From Parcubacteria group bacterium GW2011_GWA2_43_13 (GTDB lineage Bacteria > Patescibacteriota > Patescibacteriia > UBA9629 > GWA2-43-13), in contig LCFM01000003.1 in NCBI GenBank assembly GCA_000999025.1, positions 12,253 to 76,252 on the forward strand: a stretch of 64,000 nucleotides of DNA, written 5' to 3'. The translations under genes and the position numbers were made by a program. Under the pieces are notes generated by a model, which worked only from the letters and a program-made list of their open reading frames with translations, did not search any database and was not told where the DNA came from. The first letter of the stretch is position 1. Every line of letters starts with the position of its first letter. Of this stretch, positions 28,330-38,353 are shown one piece after another.

Positions 28330-29745
28330 TTATTCTTTTGTGATTTTCACCTGCGTTCCAATATCAGCCCAATTCCACAGCGCCTCGGCCGCGCCCACAG
28401 GCAAACGGATACACCCGCCTGAAACACGTTTCCCTAAATGATCAGCCCCTTCTTTTGCGCCATTCGGCCATTCAGGTAATTCATGAAACCCCCATGCCGG
28501 AATTTTATATGCCATCCAATAGGGCATATATAATTTCGCAAGACGGGAATACGGTCTACGATATTTATTTTCGATTTTAAACTCACCGATCGGCGTCGGT
28601 GTTGAGGGCTTGCCAGTTGAAACCATAACTGAAGCAATTTGAAACCCGTCATCATAATAACGCAAACGCTGATCGGTAATAGAAACCTCCATTAACTGTC
28701 CCTGCTTGCCAGTCACTGGTTTGGGAACTGCGGAATCATACACAATCAATTCCGGAAACACCACCCCTTTTAATGAAGTATAGATAAAATCCTGCGCCAT
28801 ATCGCTTGTGATGCCAGCCAACTGATATGCCTGCTGAAGTTCGCCAAATCCATTCAGAATCTTCATACGCTGATCCTTTTCTCCTGTTATCAATACAAGC
28901 ATCTCTTCTTTTTCATCACCCACAACATCTTCAGTTCCAATTGAAACAATACCTGACTCACTACTGACGAATACGGAAAATGAAGCAACCTCTGTTCCAT
29001 CTCCTCTGACAAGATGAACCATCCCTTTTTCATCAACGCGATTGGCAATAATAAGCTCTGATGTTCCATCGCCCCCAAGATCAATAGGCGCAACTAGCAA
29101 CCCTGATACATTCAATAAAGAAAAGTCAACCTTCATGGATATGCGTTTCCCTTTCGCATCAAACACGGCGATTGCAGGCATAAATCCTCTACCTGTGGAA
29201 ACAATAATCTCCGGTTTTGCGTCGCCTTGTATATTTGCAACAGCAATTGCGTATTCACCGAATTGCTGTTTGTCAAATGCGTAAAACGAACGCACTTCTT
29301 TCCCAAAACTATTAAATATTTTCACCTGCGGATGACCATCTGAAGCAGGAATAGTCACTATTTCAGGTTTTGTATCGCCATCAAAATCTGCAACCGCAAC
29401 CTTTACCCCTCCGCGCATTGTTGTGGGATACGCCTCAAAACTATTCAGCACAGACCCGTCATTCCGTAACAACCATACGCGAGGATCATTCCCTGCATAC
29501 GCGCCAATAATCAATTCTTTCAGCCCATCTTTTCCTAAATCCACAACAGCAACACTTGCAGGGCGCACACCTTCTAATGACATCGCACGACTTGAAGTAA
29601 AGGACTCTCCGTCAAACAACAGCAACTCATTGCGACTTTGCGCAAAAACAACATCAGATAAAGACAATACTCCACCATAGAATAATCCGCCTATGGCGGA
29701 AAAAAACAAAATATAAAACGCTGTTGCGCTCAAAAATTTCTTCAT
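28330..29745 (-). CDS. L,D-transpeptidase with FG-GAP-like repeats
   Basis: DLGKDG/DFDGD repeats; VSTGK, TPIGEF, GFH..SGGCIRL catalytic motif. Confidence 0.9.
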   Translation of the reverse strand: MKKFLSATAFYILFFSAIGGLFYGGVLSLSDVVFAQSRNELLLFDGESFTSSRAMSLEGVRPASVAVVDLGKDGLKELIIGAYAGNDPRVWLLRNDGSVLNSFEAYPTTMRGGVKVAVADFDGDTKPEIVTIPASDGHPQVKIFNSFGKEVRSFYAFDKQQFGEYAIAVANIQGDAKPEIIVSTGRGFMPAIAVFDAKGKRISMKVDFSLLNVSGLLVAPIDLGGDGTSELIIANRVDEKGMVHLVRGDGTEVASFSVFVSSESGIVSIGTEDVVGDEKEEMLVLITGEKDQRMKILNGFGELQQAYQLAGITSDMAQDFIYTSLKGVVFPELIVYDSAVPKPVTGKQGQLMEVSITDQRLRYYDDGFQIASVMVSTGKPSTPTPIGEFKIENKYRRPYSRLAKLYMPYWMAYKIPAWGFHELPEWPNGAKEGADHLGKRVSGGCIRLPVGAAEALWNWADIGTQVKITKE

Positions 29746-29784
29746 GCAATTAGTATATCACAAAAAATCAGCTGGGTGTGGTTC

Positions 29785-30207
29785 CTACACACCCAGCATC
29801 AAAACATCGGAGATGCCAATCGAAGGCAAGAAGTGGTCACCTGCAACAGTAACCGTAAACTGCACCACTCCATGCCGATGCACGTCCTCTAACTCGCGCC
29901 ACTGTTGCTCATACACCACATCCCATTCTTCTGGCTTTGCGGCTTTAAATCCCTTTCGGTATGCAATCTGACCATCAAAGATTCTCCGCGCCTCTTGAGA
30001 ATCTTCCGCATACCCTACATGCATACCAAAATGATGGGGATCAGAGTATATCTCTGGAATGGTCGCTTCGCACATTCCTATATACTCTGTGATAATGTAC
30101 ACACCTTGTGGAAGGCAGGAAAAGAGCATAATGGCGCACACGTTCCCTGTCCTGCGATCCCATAGAATCCGAGCGTCAATTAACTCCGGCCACGGATTCC
30201 CCCACAT
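29785..30207 (-). CDS. Hypothetical protein
   Basis: ORF fills the intergenic gap; purine-rich GGAAGGGG upstream of the ATG. Confidence 0.5.
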   Translation of the reverse strand: MWGNPWPELIDARILWDRRTGNVCAIMLFSCLPQGVYIITEYIGMCEATIPEIYSDPHHFGMHVGYAEDSQEARRIFDGQIAYRKGFKAAKPEEWDVVYEQQWRELEDVHRHGVVQFTVTVAGDHFLPSIGISDVLMLGV

Positions 30208-30291
30208 CGAAAGCCCCCTTCCCAAAAAGAAAAACCGCACTCAAAAAGTGCGCCTCCCATTCTTGTTAACCTGATTGATACGATTGAAGTG

Positions 30292-30735
30292 TCATAGCAG
30301 GTTATCAAGCTCTTTTAGCACGGCATCTGCATGGCCATCCACCGTTACTGCCAGAAAAAGCTTTTTCACAATGCCGTGAGTATCAATAACACATGTCGTG
30401 CGTTCCGCCATGCCGCTTTCTTTTAACACGCCGTATAATTTCGCAATCTCGCCTTTCTCATCCGCAATCAATATAAGATCAAGATGATGGTCGGTACAAA
30501 ATGTTTTATGAGAGAGTACCCCTTGCGTTGATATGCCGATTACAACAGTATTTCTTTTTTCAAATTCTGCTTTTTTTTGAGAAAAATCAATCGCCTCCCG
30601 CGTGCACCCGGGAGTATTGTCTTTAGGATAAAAATACAGCACCACGTTTTTATTCTCAAAATCAGACAATGAAACATGTGTGCCGTCCTGATCTTCTCCA
30701 CTCCACAATGGTGCTCGTTCCTCTGCTCGAACCAT
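30292..30735 (-). CDS. bcp: Peroxiredoxin (Bcp)
   Basis: VVLYFYPKDNTPGCTREA. Confidence 0.93.
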   Translation of the reverse strand: MVRAEERAPLWSGEDQDGTHVSLSDFENKNVVLYFYPKDNTPGCTREAIDFSQKKAEFEKRNTVVIGISTQGVLSHKTFCTDHHLDLILIADEKGEIAKLYGVLKESGMAERTTCVIDTHGIVKKLFLAVTVDGHADAVLKELDNLL

Positions 30736-30778
30736 AGGGTGAATAGTAATGTGATATCTGATAACTGACATTTAGAAT

Positions 30779-31003
30779 TTACTTCTGTGGCCAGATTTGC
30801 ATGCCACTCTCATCTTCCACAATAATCGCGTCAACAGGGCATGACTTTGCCGATTCAAGCAACTCCGCATCACTGGTTTGCGAAACCGTGTCTTTTACAA
30901 TCGCCTTGCCCTCTGAATCGAGTTCAAAGGCCAAAGGAGCAAGCGCAACGCAAGATGCGGCGCCGATGCATAAATCACGGACTACACGAACTTTGTATGA
31001 CAT
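30779..31003 (-). CDS. Monocluster ferredoxin, probably 3Fe-4S
   Basis: CIGAASCV...SCPVDAI. Confidence 0.9.
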   Translation of the reverse strand: MSYKVRVVRDLCIGAASCVALAPLAFELDSEGKAIVKDTVSQTSDAELLESAKSCPVDAIIVEDESGMQIWPQK

Positions 31004-31098
31004 AGAAGGTAAAGACAAAAAACTACTACACCCCCCCTTATAAAAAACAGAATACACCCTATTTTTTATATTTACAACTGTCTATAAACACTCTTCCC

Positions 31099-31128
31099 GT
31101 AGAGACGTATAGAGCCATACGTCTCTAC
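31099..31128. repeat. GTAG-type REP
   Basis: GTAGAGACGTAT..ATACGTCTCTAC. Confidence 0.85.
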
Positions 31129-31132
31129 GAAC

Positions 31133-31167
31133 ACAAAACAACAACTCCCGCCTTGTTCAGGCGGGAG
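31133..31167 (-). terminator. Terminator-like hairpin after the Lys-rich micro-ORF
   Basis: CTCCCGCC-TGAACAA-GGCGGGAG followed by TTGTTGTTTTG. Confidence 0.65.
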
Positions 31168-31205
31168 GAAAGAAGATGATTAACATCTGTCATGAATGAC
31201 AGTAT

Positions 31206-31247
31206 TTATTTCTTCTTTTTTCCGCCTTTCTTCTTTTTAGCTGCCAT
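31206..31247 (-). CDS. Lysine-rich micro-peptide MAAKKKKGGKKKK (13 aa)
   Basis: ATG..TAA with mixed AAA/AAG codons, between a structured leader and a terminator. Confidence 0.55.
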   Translation of the reverse strand: MAAKKKKGGKKKK

Positions 31248-31390
31248 AATACCAGTGTGATCGTTGCAGATGCGCTAACACAGGGTGCTCCCGAAGAAGC
31301 GTCAACGTGGTCGCATCATTAACAATCAATAATGCACGCAAGAATGATTACTCACTCTTGCTCTACACAAAGCACGCGTGTGCTTTTCAA
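31248..31390 (-). ncRNA. Structured leader or ncRNA
   Basis: Hairpins with GUAA and cUUCGg tetraloops plus two further stems; TATACT at 31401-31396. Confidence 0.55.
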
Positions 31391-31700
31391 TTAATAGTAT
31401 ACATGAAAAATAAAAAAAATTCATCAATGTGGATAACTTTTTTTGACAGTGCTCGCGTAAAAATCCTTTACAGTAAAAAAATAAGGTGCTTTGCGCAAGC
31501 ACCCCCACCATAGAACGCCGTTGTTCTCGTCGTTCTATAGCATGATCATAGCCGAATGGCCATCCACGCCATCCCAAGTATGCCGCTATCAGACACACTA
31601 TAATGAACACAATGATACCAACGATCCACCCGCGTCTTTCGATAGAAGGAAGAATGATTTCGATCCTCGTATTGGCATCAGCATCTGATTCCTGTTTCAT
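31326..31700 (-). CDS. Hypothetical single-TM protein (3' part overlaps the regulatory region; end uncertain)
   Basis: TM segment GWIVGIIVFIIVCLIAAYLGW; GGGGAG upstream. Confidence 0.4.
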   Translation of the reverse strand: MKQESDADANTRIEIILPSIERRGWIVGIIVFIIVCLIAAYLGWRGWPFGYDHAIERREQRRSMVGVLAQSTLFFYCKGFLREHCQKKLSTLMNFFYFSCILLIEKHTRALCRARVSNHSCVHY

Positions 31701-31803
31701 GAAAAGTGCTCCCCTCTATGTATTTTGTTGTACTCCTTATACAAAAAAAATCAAATACAAAACTCCCCCGTTATACGCGAGGGAGTTCTTTGTCAGATTA
31801 AAT

Positions 31804-32154
31804 TTATCTGTCACGGTTACTGCGAAAACAATCGCGGCAATAAATATCTCGTGACGGATCTGGGTCAAACGGCAATTGGGTAATTGCAGTTCCGCACCCG
31901 GCGCATTTGATGTTCAAATGAGAAACATCTTTCAGCGGCCGAGGCATGTGCTGAGCACCGCCGCCTTGATATCTGCTTCCGCCACTTCCACCACCTGAGC
32001 GGAATGACTGCTGATTGCGATGGCAATCACGGCAGTAAACATCTTGGCCTGGGCGCGGCTGGAATGGCAATTGAGTAATTGCCGTATTGCAGGATGCGCA
32101 TGTCAGCCCCTGATCTGTTACGTCCACCATGGGACGGCTTGATTGAAAATCCAT
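31804..32154 (-). CDS. Tandem CxxC-x17-CxxC zinc-finger protein
   Basis: Two copies of CxxC..QLPFxP...YCRDC joined by a Gly-rich linker; terminator at about 31759-31791. Confidence 0.9.
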   Translation of the reverse strand: MDFQSSRPMVDVTDQGLTCASCNTAITQLPFQPRPGQDVYCRDCHRNQQSFRSGGGSGGSRYQGGGAQHMPRPLKDVSHLNIKCAGCGTAITQLPFDPDPSRDIYCRDCFRSNRDR

Positions 32155-32332
32155 ACGTATTTCACCGATAGATTAGCTTATAAATTCGTTTCCGGTGAAA
32201 TACGCTTGATAATCGACTTACTATTGCCTTAATCAAGCATAATGCTTATTTAAGGACTTATCTCACAAATATTCCCCGATGAAACACTATTATTATACAC
32301 TACTTGAAATAAAAAGTAAAGCACCTGTACCT

Positions 32333-33607
32333 TCAAAACCGATATAACGAGGCCCGTGAGCCCAATTCTTCTTCTATGCGCATCAATTGGTTGTACTTGC
32401 ACAATCTGTCTGTCCGTGACATTGATCCTGTCTTTATTTGTCCAGTTCCCAGCCCTACAACCAAATCAGCAATCGTCGTATCTTCTGTTTCACCGGAACG
32501 ATGCGAGATAATCGCGCGCCAGCCGGCCTCATGCGCCATCTGAACCGTTTGCACCGTCTCGGTTACCGTGCCGATCTGATTTAATTTTACGAGCACCGCA
32601 TTTGCCCATTTTTCATCAATTGCTTGACGTAAAATCTTTGGATTGGTCACAATCAAATCATCGCCAACAATCTGGATTGTTTTCCCCAATCGCTCACTCA
32701 ATCGCACCCAATGCGCGCTATCATGCTCATTCAACCCATCCTCAATAGACCTCATTGGATATTTTGAGACCCATTGCTCATATAACCCAATCAATCCGTC
32801 TGAATCCAATGTGAGATTATCTTTTGATAACACATATGTGCCGTCTTTTGAAAATTGATCAGATGCCGCGTCTATTGCCAACACCACATCTTTCCCTGCC
32901 TCATATCCTGCCTGCGCAATGGCTTCCAAAATCACCTTAAATGCATCTTCATTCGAATCAAGCGTAGGCGCAAACCCGCCCTCATCTCCGACATTGGTAT
33001 TAAGCCCTCGTTTTTTTAACACTGATTTTAATGCATGAAATGTTTCTCCTGCCATTTGAACTGCCTGCCGTATTGATTGCGCGCCAATGGGCATAATCAT
33101 AAATTCTTGAATATCTGATGAATTATCAGCATGCGCTCCGCCATTTAAAATATTCACCATCGGCACTGGCAGTACATACGCGCCATCCGGGTTATATGTA
33201 TCGTGAATATACTCATACAACGGTTTTTCACTATCAAGCGCGCCGGCTTTCAGCACTGCCGATGAAACACCTAATATTGCATTTGCGCCAAGATGAGATT
33301 TATTTTCCGTGCCATCAAGCTCTATCATGCGCGTGTCTATTTTTTCTTGCTCTGTCGGATCCATGCCGGCGAGATCAGGAGCAATAAGCGTATGGATATT
33401 TTCAATTGCCTTCAGCACTCCTTTCCCGGCGAATCGTTTTGCATCCTCATCGCGCAATTCAATTGCCTCTTTTTCACCAGTTGATGCTCCGCTTGGCACA
33501 CTTGCCCGACTCCGTTGTCCGGAATCAAGAACAACATCAACTTCAACCGTCGGATTCCCGCGGGAGTCCAAAATTTCTCTTGCATGGATTTCTTTAATTT
33601 TTGCCAT
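32333..33607 (-). CDS. eno: Enolase
   Basis: [41 protein letters not shown]. Confidence 0.98.
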   Translation of the reverse strand: MAKIKEIHAREILDSRGNPTVEVDVVLDSGQRSRASVPSGASTGEKEAIELRDEDAKRFAGKGVLKAIENIHTLIAPDLAGMDPTEQEKIDTRMIELDGTENKSHLGANAILGVSSAVLKAGALDSEKPLYEYIHDTYNPDGAYVLPVPMVNILNGGAHADNSSDIQEFMIMPIGAQSIRQAVQMAGETFHALKSVLKKRGLNTNVGDEGGFAPTLDSNEDAFKVILEAIAQAGYEAGKDVVLAIDAASDQFSKDGTYVLSKDNLTLDSDGLIGLYEQWVSKYPMRSIEDGLNEHDSAHWVRLSERLGKTIQIVGDDLIVTNPKILRQAIDEKWANAVLVKLNQIGTVTETVQTVQMAHEAGWRAIISHRSGETEDTTIADLVVGLGTGQIKTGSMSRTDRLCKYNQLMRIEEELGSRASLYRF

Positions 33608-33695
33608 AGAATAAAAATAGAATAAGAAAAGTTAATTCACTGTGATTATACCGCCTCTTATCCAAAAGTCCAGAAAAAGTATATACTATACAGAT

Positions 33696-34184
33696 ATGGT
33701 TCAAGAAAAGAAAAAACTGCGCATAGGGTGGTTTACATTCAGCTGTTGCGAGGATAGCACGGTTTTGATGACTGAAATTTTAAATGACCACTGGCAGGAA
33801 TGGGCGCCATTGTTGGATATCCGCCATGCGCGGGTATTGCAAAAAGAAAATATTTTAGATTCTATGGATGTCGCGTTTGTGGAAGGCGCGCTGGCAAGCG
33901 AAGAGCATATCGAAAAACTCAAAGAAATTCGCACCCTCGCGACCAAGGTGGTTGCCGTTGGCGCGTGCGCCTGCATTGGTATGCCTTCTGGAAACAGAAA
34001 TCAGTTTGATGATCACACTCAAGAAGAAATATCATTTTTAACCGCGAGATTTAGTCATTTGCCCAAAGTGTTAAAATTAGAAGATGTCGTAGCAGTTGAT
34101 GCAAAACTCCCCGGCTGTCCCATGAATGAACAGCAATTTATTCATTTGATGAAAGCGATGTTGCAGACATTTCGTATCACCTAA
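33696..34184 (+). CDS. NiFe hydrogenase small subunit (group 3b delta-like; proximal-cluster domain only)
   Basis: FSCCEDS, FVEGA, AVGACA, LPGCP. Confidence 0.85.
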   Translation: MVQEKKKLRIGWFTFSCCEDSTVLMTEILNDHWQEWAPLLDIRHARVLQKENILDSMDVAFVEGALASEEHIEKLKEIRTLATKVVAVGACACIGMPSGNRNQFDDHTQEEISFLTARFSHLPKVLKLEDVVAVDAKLPGCPMNEQQFIHLMKAMLQTFRIT

Positions 34185-34199
34185 ATATTGCTGTATTCC

Positions 34200-34264
34200 A
34201 AATATCAAATGTCAGTTATCAGTTTTCAAATTTGACAACTGAAAATTGACAACTGAAAACTGCC
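34200..34264. repeat. Heptamer repeat hairpin between the hydrogenase genes
   Basis: TGTCAGTTATCAGTTTTCAAATTTGACAACTGAAAATTGACAACTGAAAACTG. Confidence 0.8.
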
Positions 34265-34267
34265 AGT

Positions 34268-35599
34268 ATGCACTTAATAGACCTCGACCTCACCATTGAC
34301 GAAATGACCAAAGTAGAAGGCGCGGCATCTGTTGATGTCAAAATTCGCAGTGGCGTGGTTGAATCAGTCAAGTTCGGCATCACAGAATACAAACGATTTT
34401 ATACCCAAGCCATGCGCGGAAAATCCATCACTGCCCTGCCCCAACTATTAGCCCGAATTTGTGGCACCTGCAGTAACGCGCATTTACTGTGCAGTATTGA
34501 AGCATGCGAACACGCGCTTGGCATCACCCCATCCCCTCAAACCCAAATTCTAAAACGACTTACCATGTATGGATTAAACATCCGAGATCACGCATTACAT
34601 TTGTATCTTTTTGTTGCTCCTGACTTGCGTAATAAAGACAATTTTTTAAGTTTTGACGAGCATGATCCTATAGAACACGATATGCTCCACGATGCATTTG
34701 CCATCAAAGCCGCTGGCAATCATCTCGCCCAAATCGTCGCAGGCAGAAGCGTGCATGGCATGTATCCTGCTATTGGAGGATTTACCAAAACCCCTACGCA
34801 ACAAGAAACGCAGTCAATTATTAAGCAACTTCAAGAGGTACGGCCACGCGTATTGCGACTCATTAAAACATTTGAACAATGCGATTGGAAATTTGATCGC
34901 ACAACCAAGTATATGGGTATGTCGGCTGATCATTATTCTTTTTTAGAAGGAGTTATCATCAGCGATACTGGCCAACGGATAGAAGAACAGGACTACCACA
35001 ATCATTTGGAACATGTCGTCATCCCCTATTCTCAAGCATCTGGATACAAACACGATAATGAATGTTATATGGTTGGTGCTCTCGCGCGTGTTAATTTATC
35101 AAAGGAAAAACTGCATCCGAATACAAAAAAAGACGCAAATTCTGCTATTGCGCTCTTTCCATCAACCAATATCTATCACAATAATCTTGCACAGGCGATT
35201 GAAATTTTGCATTGCATTGATGACGCGATTGACCTGCTTAATAATACCCAATTTAAACAAGAACCCCTCCCAAAACCGGTGTTTCGCGAAGCAATGGGCA
35301 TTGGAGTTGTAGAAGCGCCGCGCGGGATGCTGTATCATCGCGTGCATATTGATGATAACGGCATTGTGATGGAAGGCGATATTGTGGTACCGACCGGACA
35401 AAATCAAATCAATATTGAACAAGATTTAAAAACCCTTATTCAGCGATTGATTGATAATGATGTTGAAAATAAACATGAAATCCAGCACGAGATGGAAAAA
35501 CTCATCCGCGCCTACGACCCCTGCATGTCCTGCGCCAGTCATTTTTTAAAAATCAATTGGATAGAAAAAAATAACATCCTTACATTCTCAAGTTTATAA
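34268..35599 (+). CDS. NiFe hydrogenase large subunit (group 3b-related)
   Basis: L1 ARICGTC, EAPRG, L2 RAYDPCMSCASH plus C-terminal extension. Confidence 0.93.
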   Translation: MHLIDLDLTIDEMTKVEGAASVDVKIRSGVVESVKFGITEYKRFYTQAMRGKSITALPQLLARICGTCSNAHLLCSIEACEHALGITPSPQTQILKRLTMYGLNIRDHALHLYLFVAPDLRNKDNFLSFDEHDPIEHDMLHDAFAIKAAGNHLAQIVAGRSVHGMYPAIGGFTKTPTQQETQSIIKQLQEVRPRVLRLIKTFEQCDWKFDRTTKYMGMSADHYSFLEGVIISDTGQRIEEQDYHNHLEHVVIPYSQASGYKHDNECYMVGALARVNLSKEKLHPNTKKDANSAIALFPSTNIYHNNLAQAIEILHCIDDAIDLLNNTQFKQEPLPKPVFREAMGIGVVEAPRGMLYHRVHIDDNGIVMEGDIVVPTGQNQINIEQDLKTLIQRLIDNDVENKHEIQHEMEKLIRAYDPCMSCASHFLKINWIEKNNILTFSSL

Positions 35600-35963
35600 G
35601 GATATTATTAATAGATTCTGCTATATCATTGACATCCATTCCTCCCGTCGGTACACCAATAATGGTGATTTTTTTTATTGTACCAAGTTTTTTCAGCCAT
35701 TTCAGATTTGCGACGACATCAAAATCATGCAAAGAAACAAGTGGCGTTTGTTCTATTTTTTCAAGATCATTAAATACCATCACCCCATCAATGCCTTGTA
35801 CCGTATCAATCATCACAAAATGTTCTGGAATCTCGCCCCATTCTTCATTAGGATCAAGATGAACAAAGTCGAAATTGGGAACTTGTTTTTTGAGTTGCGG
35901 CATGAGCTTGACAGGCAACGAATCTTCCTCAATATCTGGATTACCAAAGATGAATATTTTCAT
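35580..35963 (-). CDS. Hydrogenase maturation protease-like protein
   Basis: IFIFGNP..EDS, MIDTV, SLHD, IIGVP; convergent with the large subunit. Confidence 0.75.
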   Translation of the reverse strand: MKIFIFGNPDIEEDSLPVKLMPQLKKQVPNFDFVHLDPNEEWGEIPEHFVMIDTVQGIDGVMVFNDLEKIEQTPLVSLHDFDVVANLKWLKKLGTIKKITIIGVPTGGMDVNDIAESINNILINLRM

Positions 35964-35992
35964 ACATATCCAATAATGAGATTGTTTATACT

Positions 35993-37672
35993 TCACACTG
36001 TCCGGTTCGCCAGCGCCAAATGCATGTTAGTAAAGCGCGCTAAATTTGCGACTTGCCGCGCATGCAACCTCTCGCATGGCAAATCCCAGTGCATGGAAAT
36101 CCAATCACCTATAGCCGCATCATCCATTGACCCATCATCAGCCAAATGACGCCTGATAACGCGTTGCTCAACCGTAGCAAGATACAACTTCGCGCCATCA
36201 AACCGAATCGGCTGGCGCTCAACTGTAATTACTGGTCCGTCAATCGCAATCACTTTCCCCCAGCTAATCCTACAAGAATCAATACTCTCCACAGTATGCG
36301 GCTCCTCTTTATGCCCCATCCTCTGCCAGATGTTCATCACCTGAAACGAATGGTGCATTTTTGCCCCGCCAGATATTTTATCCTCAATATATCCAAAATA
36401 CTTACTACCAAACCGATCTTTTACTTTGAGTGTATCTTTCAAGTGGATATACATATCCTGCTTGGATGGTGTATCCAAAAGCTCATTTCCAACCCAATAC
36501 GCTTCAACCACTTTTTCATGCAAAGGGTCGGAAAGATGATTGGCGTCAGCAATGGCTTTTAAATAGGGATACATCACTTCAAACTGTGACAACAAATACC
36601 GCAGACCATAGTCCGCGGTGTTTTCGCCAAGATACGCCAACATCTCGCCCGATTTATCTGGTCCGCAAAAGTGCAATCTGTTCGGTGAAAACGCGTATCG
36701 CGCGCAACGAATAATCCCCTGCTCTTGAGATAGTAATTGAGGTGAGACCATAGAAACCATCGTCTCCCTCTCCTTTATTAAGGAGAGGGCTGGGGTGAGA
36801 TTTTTTTGTCGTGATGACATCACAAATACACCTGCTCCAGCCACAAGCAATATCATCGGAACAATCAATGCGCTTGGCCATTGTCCTGTTGTGATGTTTT
36901 GCAGTACAACCGTAATCGGAAACGCCAACACTAACACTGTTGATACAAACGAAGCGGATAATTTTTTTAATCCCGTATACCAACACGCAACATACCCACA
37001 CAACACCATACCTGTCACCAATGCCCAACCCACCTGCTCCCATGTTTGAGGAATCAACGCTTGTCCGCTCCCTTGAGCAATACTGTAAACAATCAAAAGC
37101 ACCGCACCAAACGCCATCCGTGCCCAAGCTCCAACCAGAGCCGGAATATTCTGCAATATTTTTTTTGCAATGATCGTCTCAATTGCCCATAAAATCGTAG
37201 CCCCCAATGCAAGAAAAAATCCTATTCCCCAGTCCCATCCCTTTAGGCCGCCTAACATCACCACGCCTATCATCATCACCACTATCCCAAGCCATTGCAA
37301 TCTACTCACCTTTTCTTTCAAGTAAACGGCAGACATAACAGCAACCCACACAAATAGGGTTTTATGAATAAACGCGGCTTGCGTTGCCGGCACCAACGTC
37401 AAACTCTTGAAAAATAAGACAAATGGCACAGAACCGCCAATCACACCGATTACAACAAGGTTGATCCATTGCTTCTTATTTAACAATTTCAATACTCGCC
37501 ATTGGGCAACCGCGCCCACCAACCCTGCCAGCAAACATGCGGCAATGATATTTTTTGTTGTTGTATACGCTACCGCATCAGACCAACTTCCCACACCAAA
37601 TTTATTGATAAACACCGCCACGCCACTGATAAGCGCTGTAATAAAGGGTAAAATAAATACATTATTTTTCAT
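35993..37672 (-). CDS. EamA/DMT transporter fused to a DUF6390-like domain
   Basis: 10-TM DMT N-terminal half; C-terminal half ARYAFSPNRLHFCGP, VVEAYWVGN, HHSF, DSCRISWG, GDWISMHW. Confidence 0.75.
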   Translation of the reverse strand: MKNNVFILPFITALISGVAVFINKFGVGSWSDAVAYTTTKNIIAACLLAGLVGAVAQWRVLKLLNKKQWINLVVIGVIGGSVPFVLFFKSLTLVPATQAAFIHKTLFVWVAVMSAVYLKEKVSRLQWLGIVVMMIGVVMLGGLKGWDWGIGFFLALGATILWAIETIIAKKILQNIPALVGAWARMAFGAVLLIVYSIAQGSGQALIPQTWEQVGWALVTGMVLCGYVACWYTGLKKLSASFVSTVLVLAFPITVVLQNITTGQWPSALIVPMILLVAGAGVFVMSSRQKNLTPALSLIKERETMVSMVSPQLLSQEQGIIRCARYAFSPNRLHFCGPDKSGEMLAYLGENTADYGLRYLLSQFEVMYPYLKAIADANHLSDPLHEKVVEAYWVGNELLDTPSKQDMYIHLKDTLKVKDRFGSKYFGYIEDKISGGAKMHHSFQVMNIWQRMGHKEEPHTVESIDSCRISWGKVIAIDGPVITVERQPIRFDGAKLYLATVEQRVIRRHLADDGSMDDAAIGDWISMHWDLPCERLHARQVANLARFTNMHLALANRTV

Positions 37673-37798
37673 AGAGAATATGCGTTATTGCATGCAATAT
37701 ACCATAAAAATTGCGCAAAAAAAAGCTAATGCTATACTATTTACAAAACAAAACAATCCCTCTATGATAGACACCAACCTCGTATCAAGGAGAAACAC

Positions 37799-38320
37799 AT
37801 GACCTCCCATAAGCGATGTGCGTTGTTTACGGTCATTGCGTTGTTAACGGTCGTAAGCTGTGGGACTCTCCCAGTCCCGGCAACCAGCGTCAATGTGCTT
37901 ATCATTGATGAAATCGGGATCACGCGGCCAGAGGCGATTTCTCTGGCAAAACAAACTACCCAATCGTACCGGTTTGATGCGATCATCTTCATTTCCGACC
38001 CCTCCGCCTTCCCGCCCCCTGAAGATGGGTTCATCCCGCAATTTCATGGAGCAATCATCCATGCGTTTACCGAGCAGGACACGATTAAAGAGGCCATTCA
38101 TAGGGCTACTGATTTCATCAACGAACGCGCACTCCCCAAAAGGAACAAAGGGGTGATCGTGCTCTATACAACATCCACAGTACGGGAAAATAATATCGAT
38201 ACCCTTGTAACTGCACAGGAACAGGGGATTGATATCTTCATTCTCAACCCTGAACCCAAACCTCGCCTCAACGCCCGTAGCGCACCGTCCACGCGCTACG
38301 GGCCTCATTTTATGTATTGA
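37799..38320 (+). CDS. Hypothetical protein, possibly a lipoprotein
   Basis: AGGAG SD; hydrophobic N-terminus ending VVSC. Confidence 0.55.
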   Translation: MTSHKRCALFTVIALLTVVSCGTLPVPATSVNVLIIDEIGITRPEAISLAKQTTQSYRFDAIIFISDPSAFPPPEDGFIPQFHGAIIHAFTEQDTIKEAIHRATDFINERALPKRNKGVIVLYTTSTVRENNIDTLVTAQEQGIDIFILNPEPKPRLNARSAPSTRYGPHFMY

Positions 38321-38353
38321 ATATACCTCAAATATCGCCTATACTACCAAGAT

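Noticed and set aside
2556-31436. DnaA boxes at 2556, 10321 and 31428 as oriC
   Set aside because: They are single scattered boxes with no cluster and no dnaA; no canonical parS was seen near parAB.
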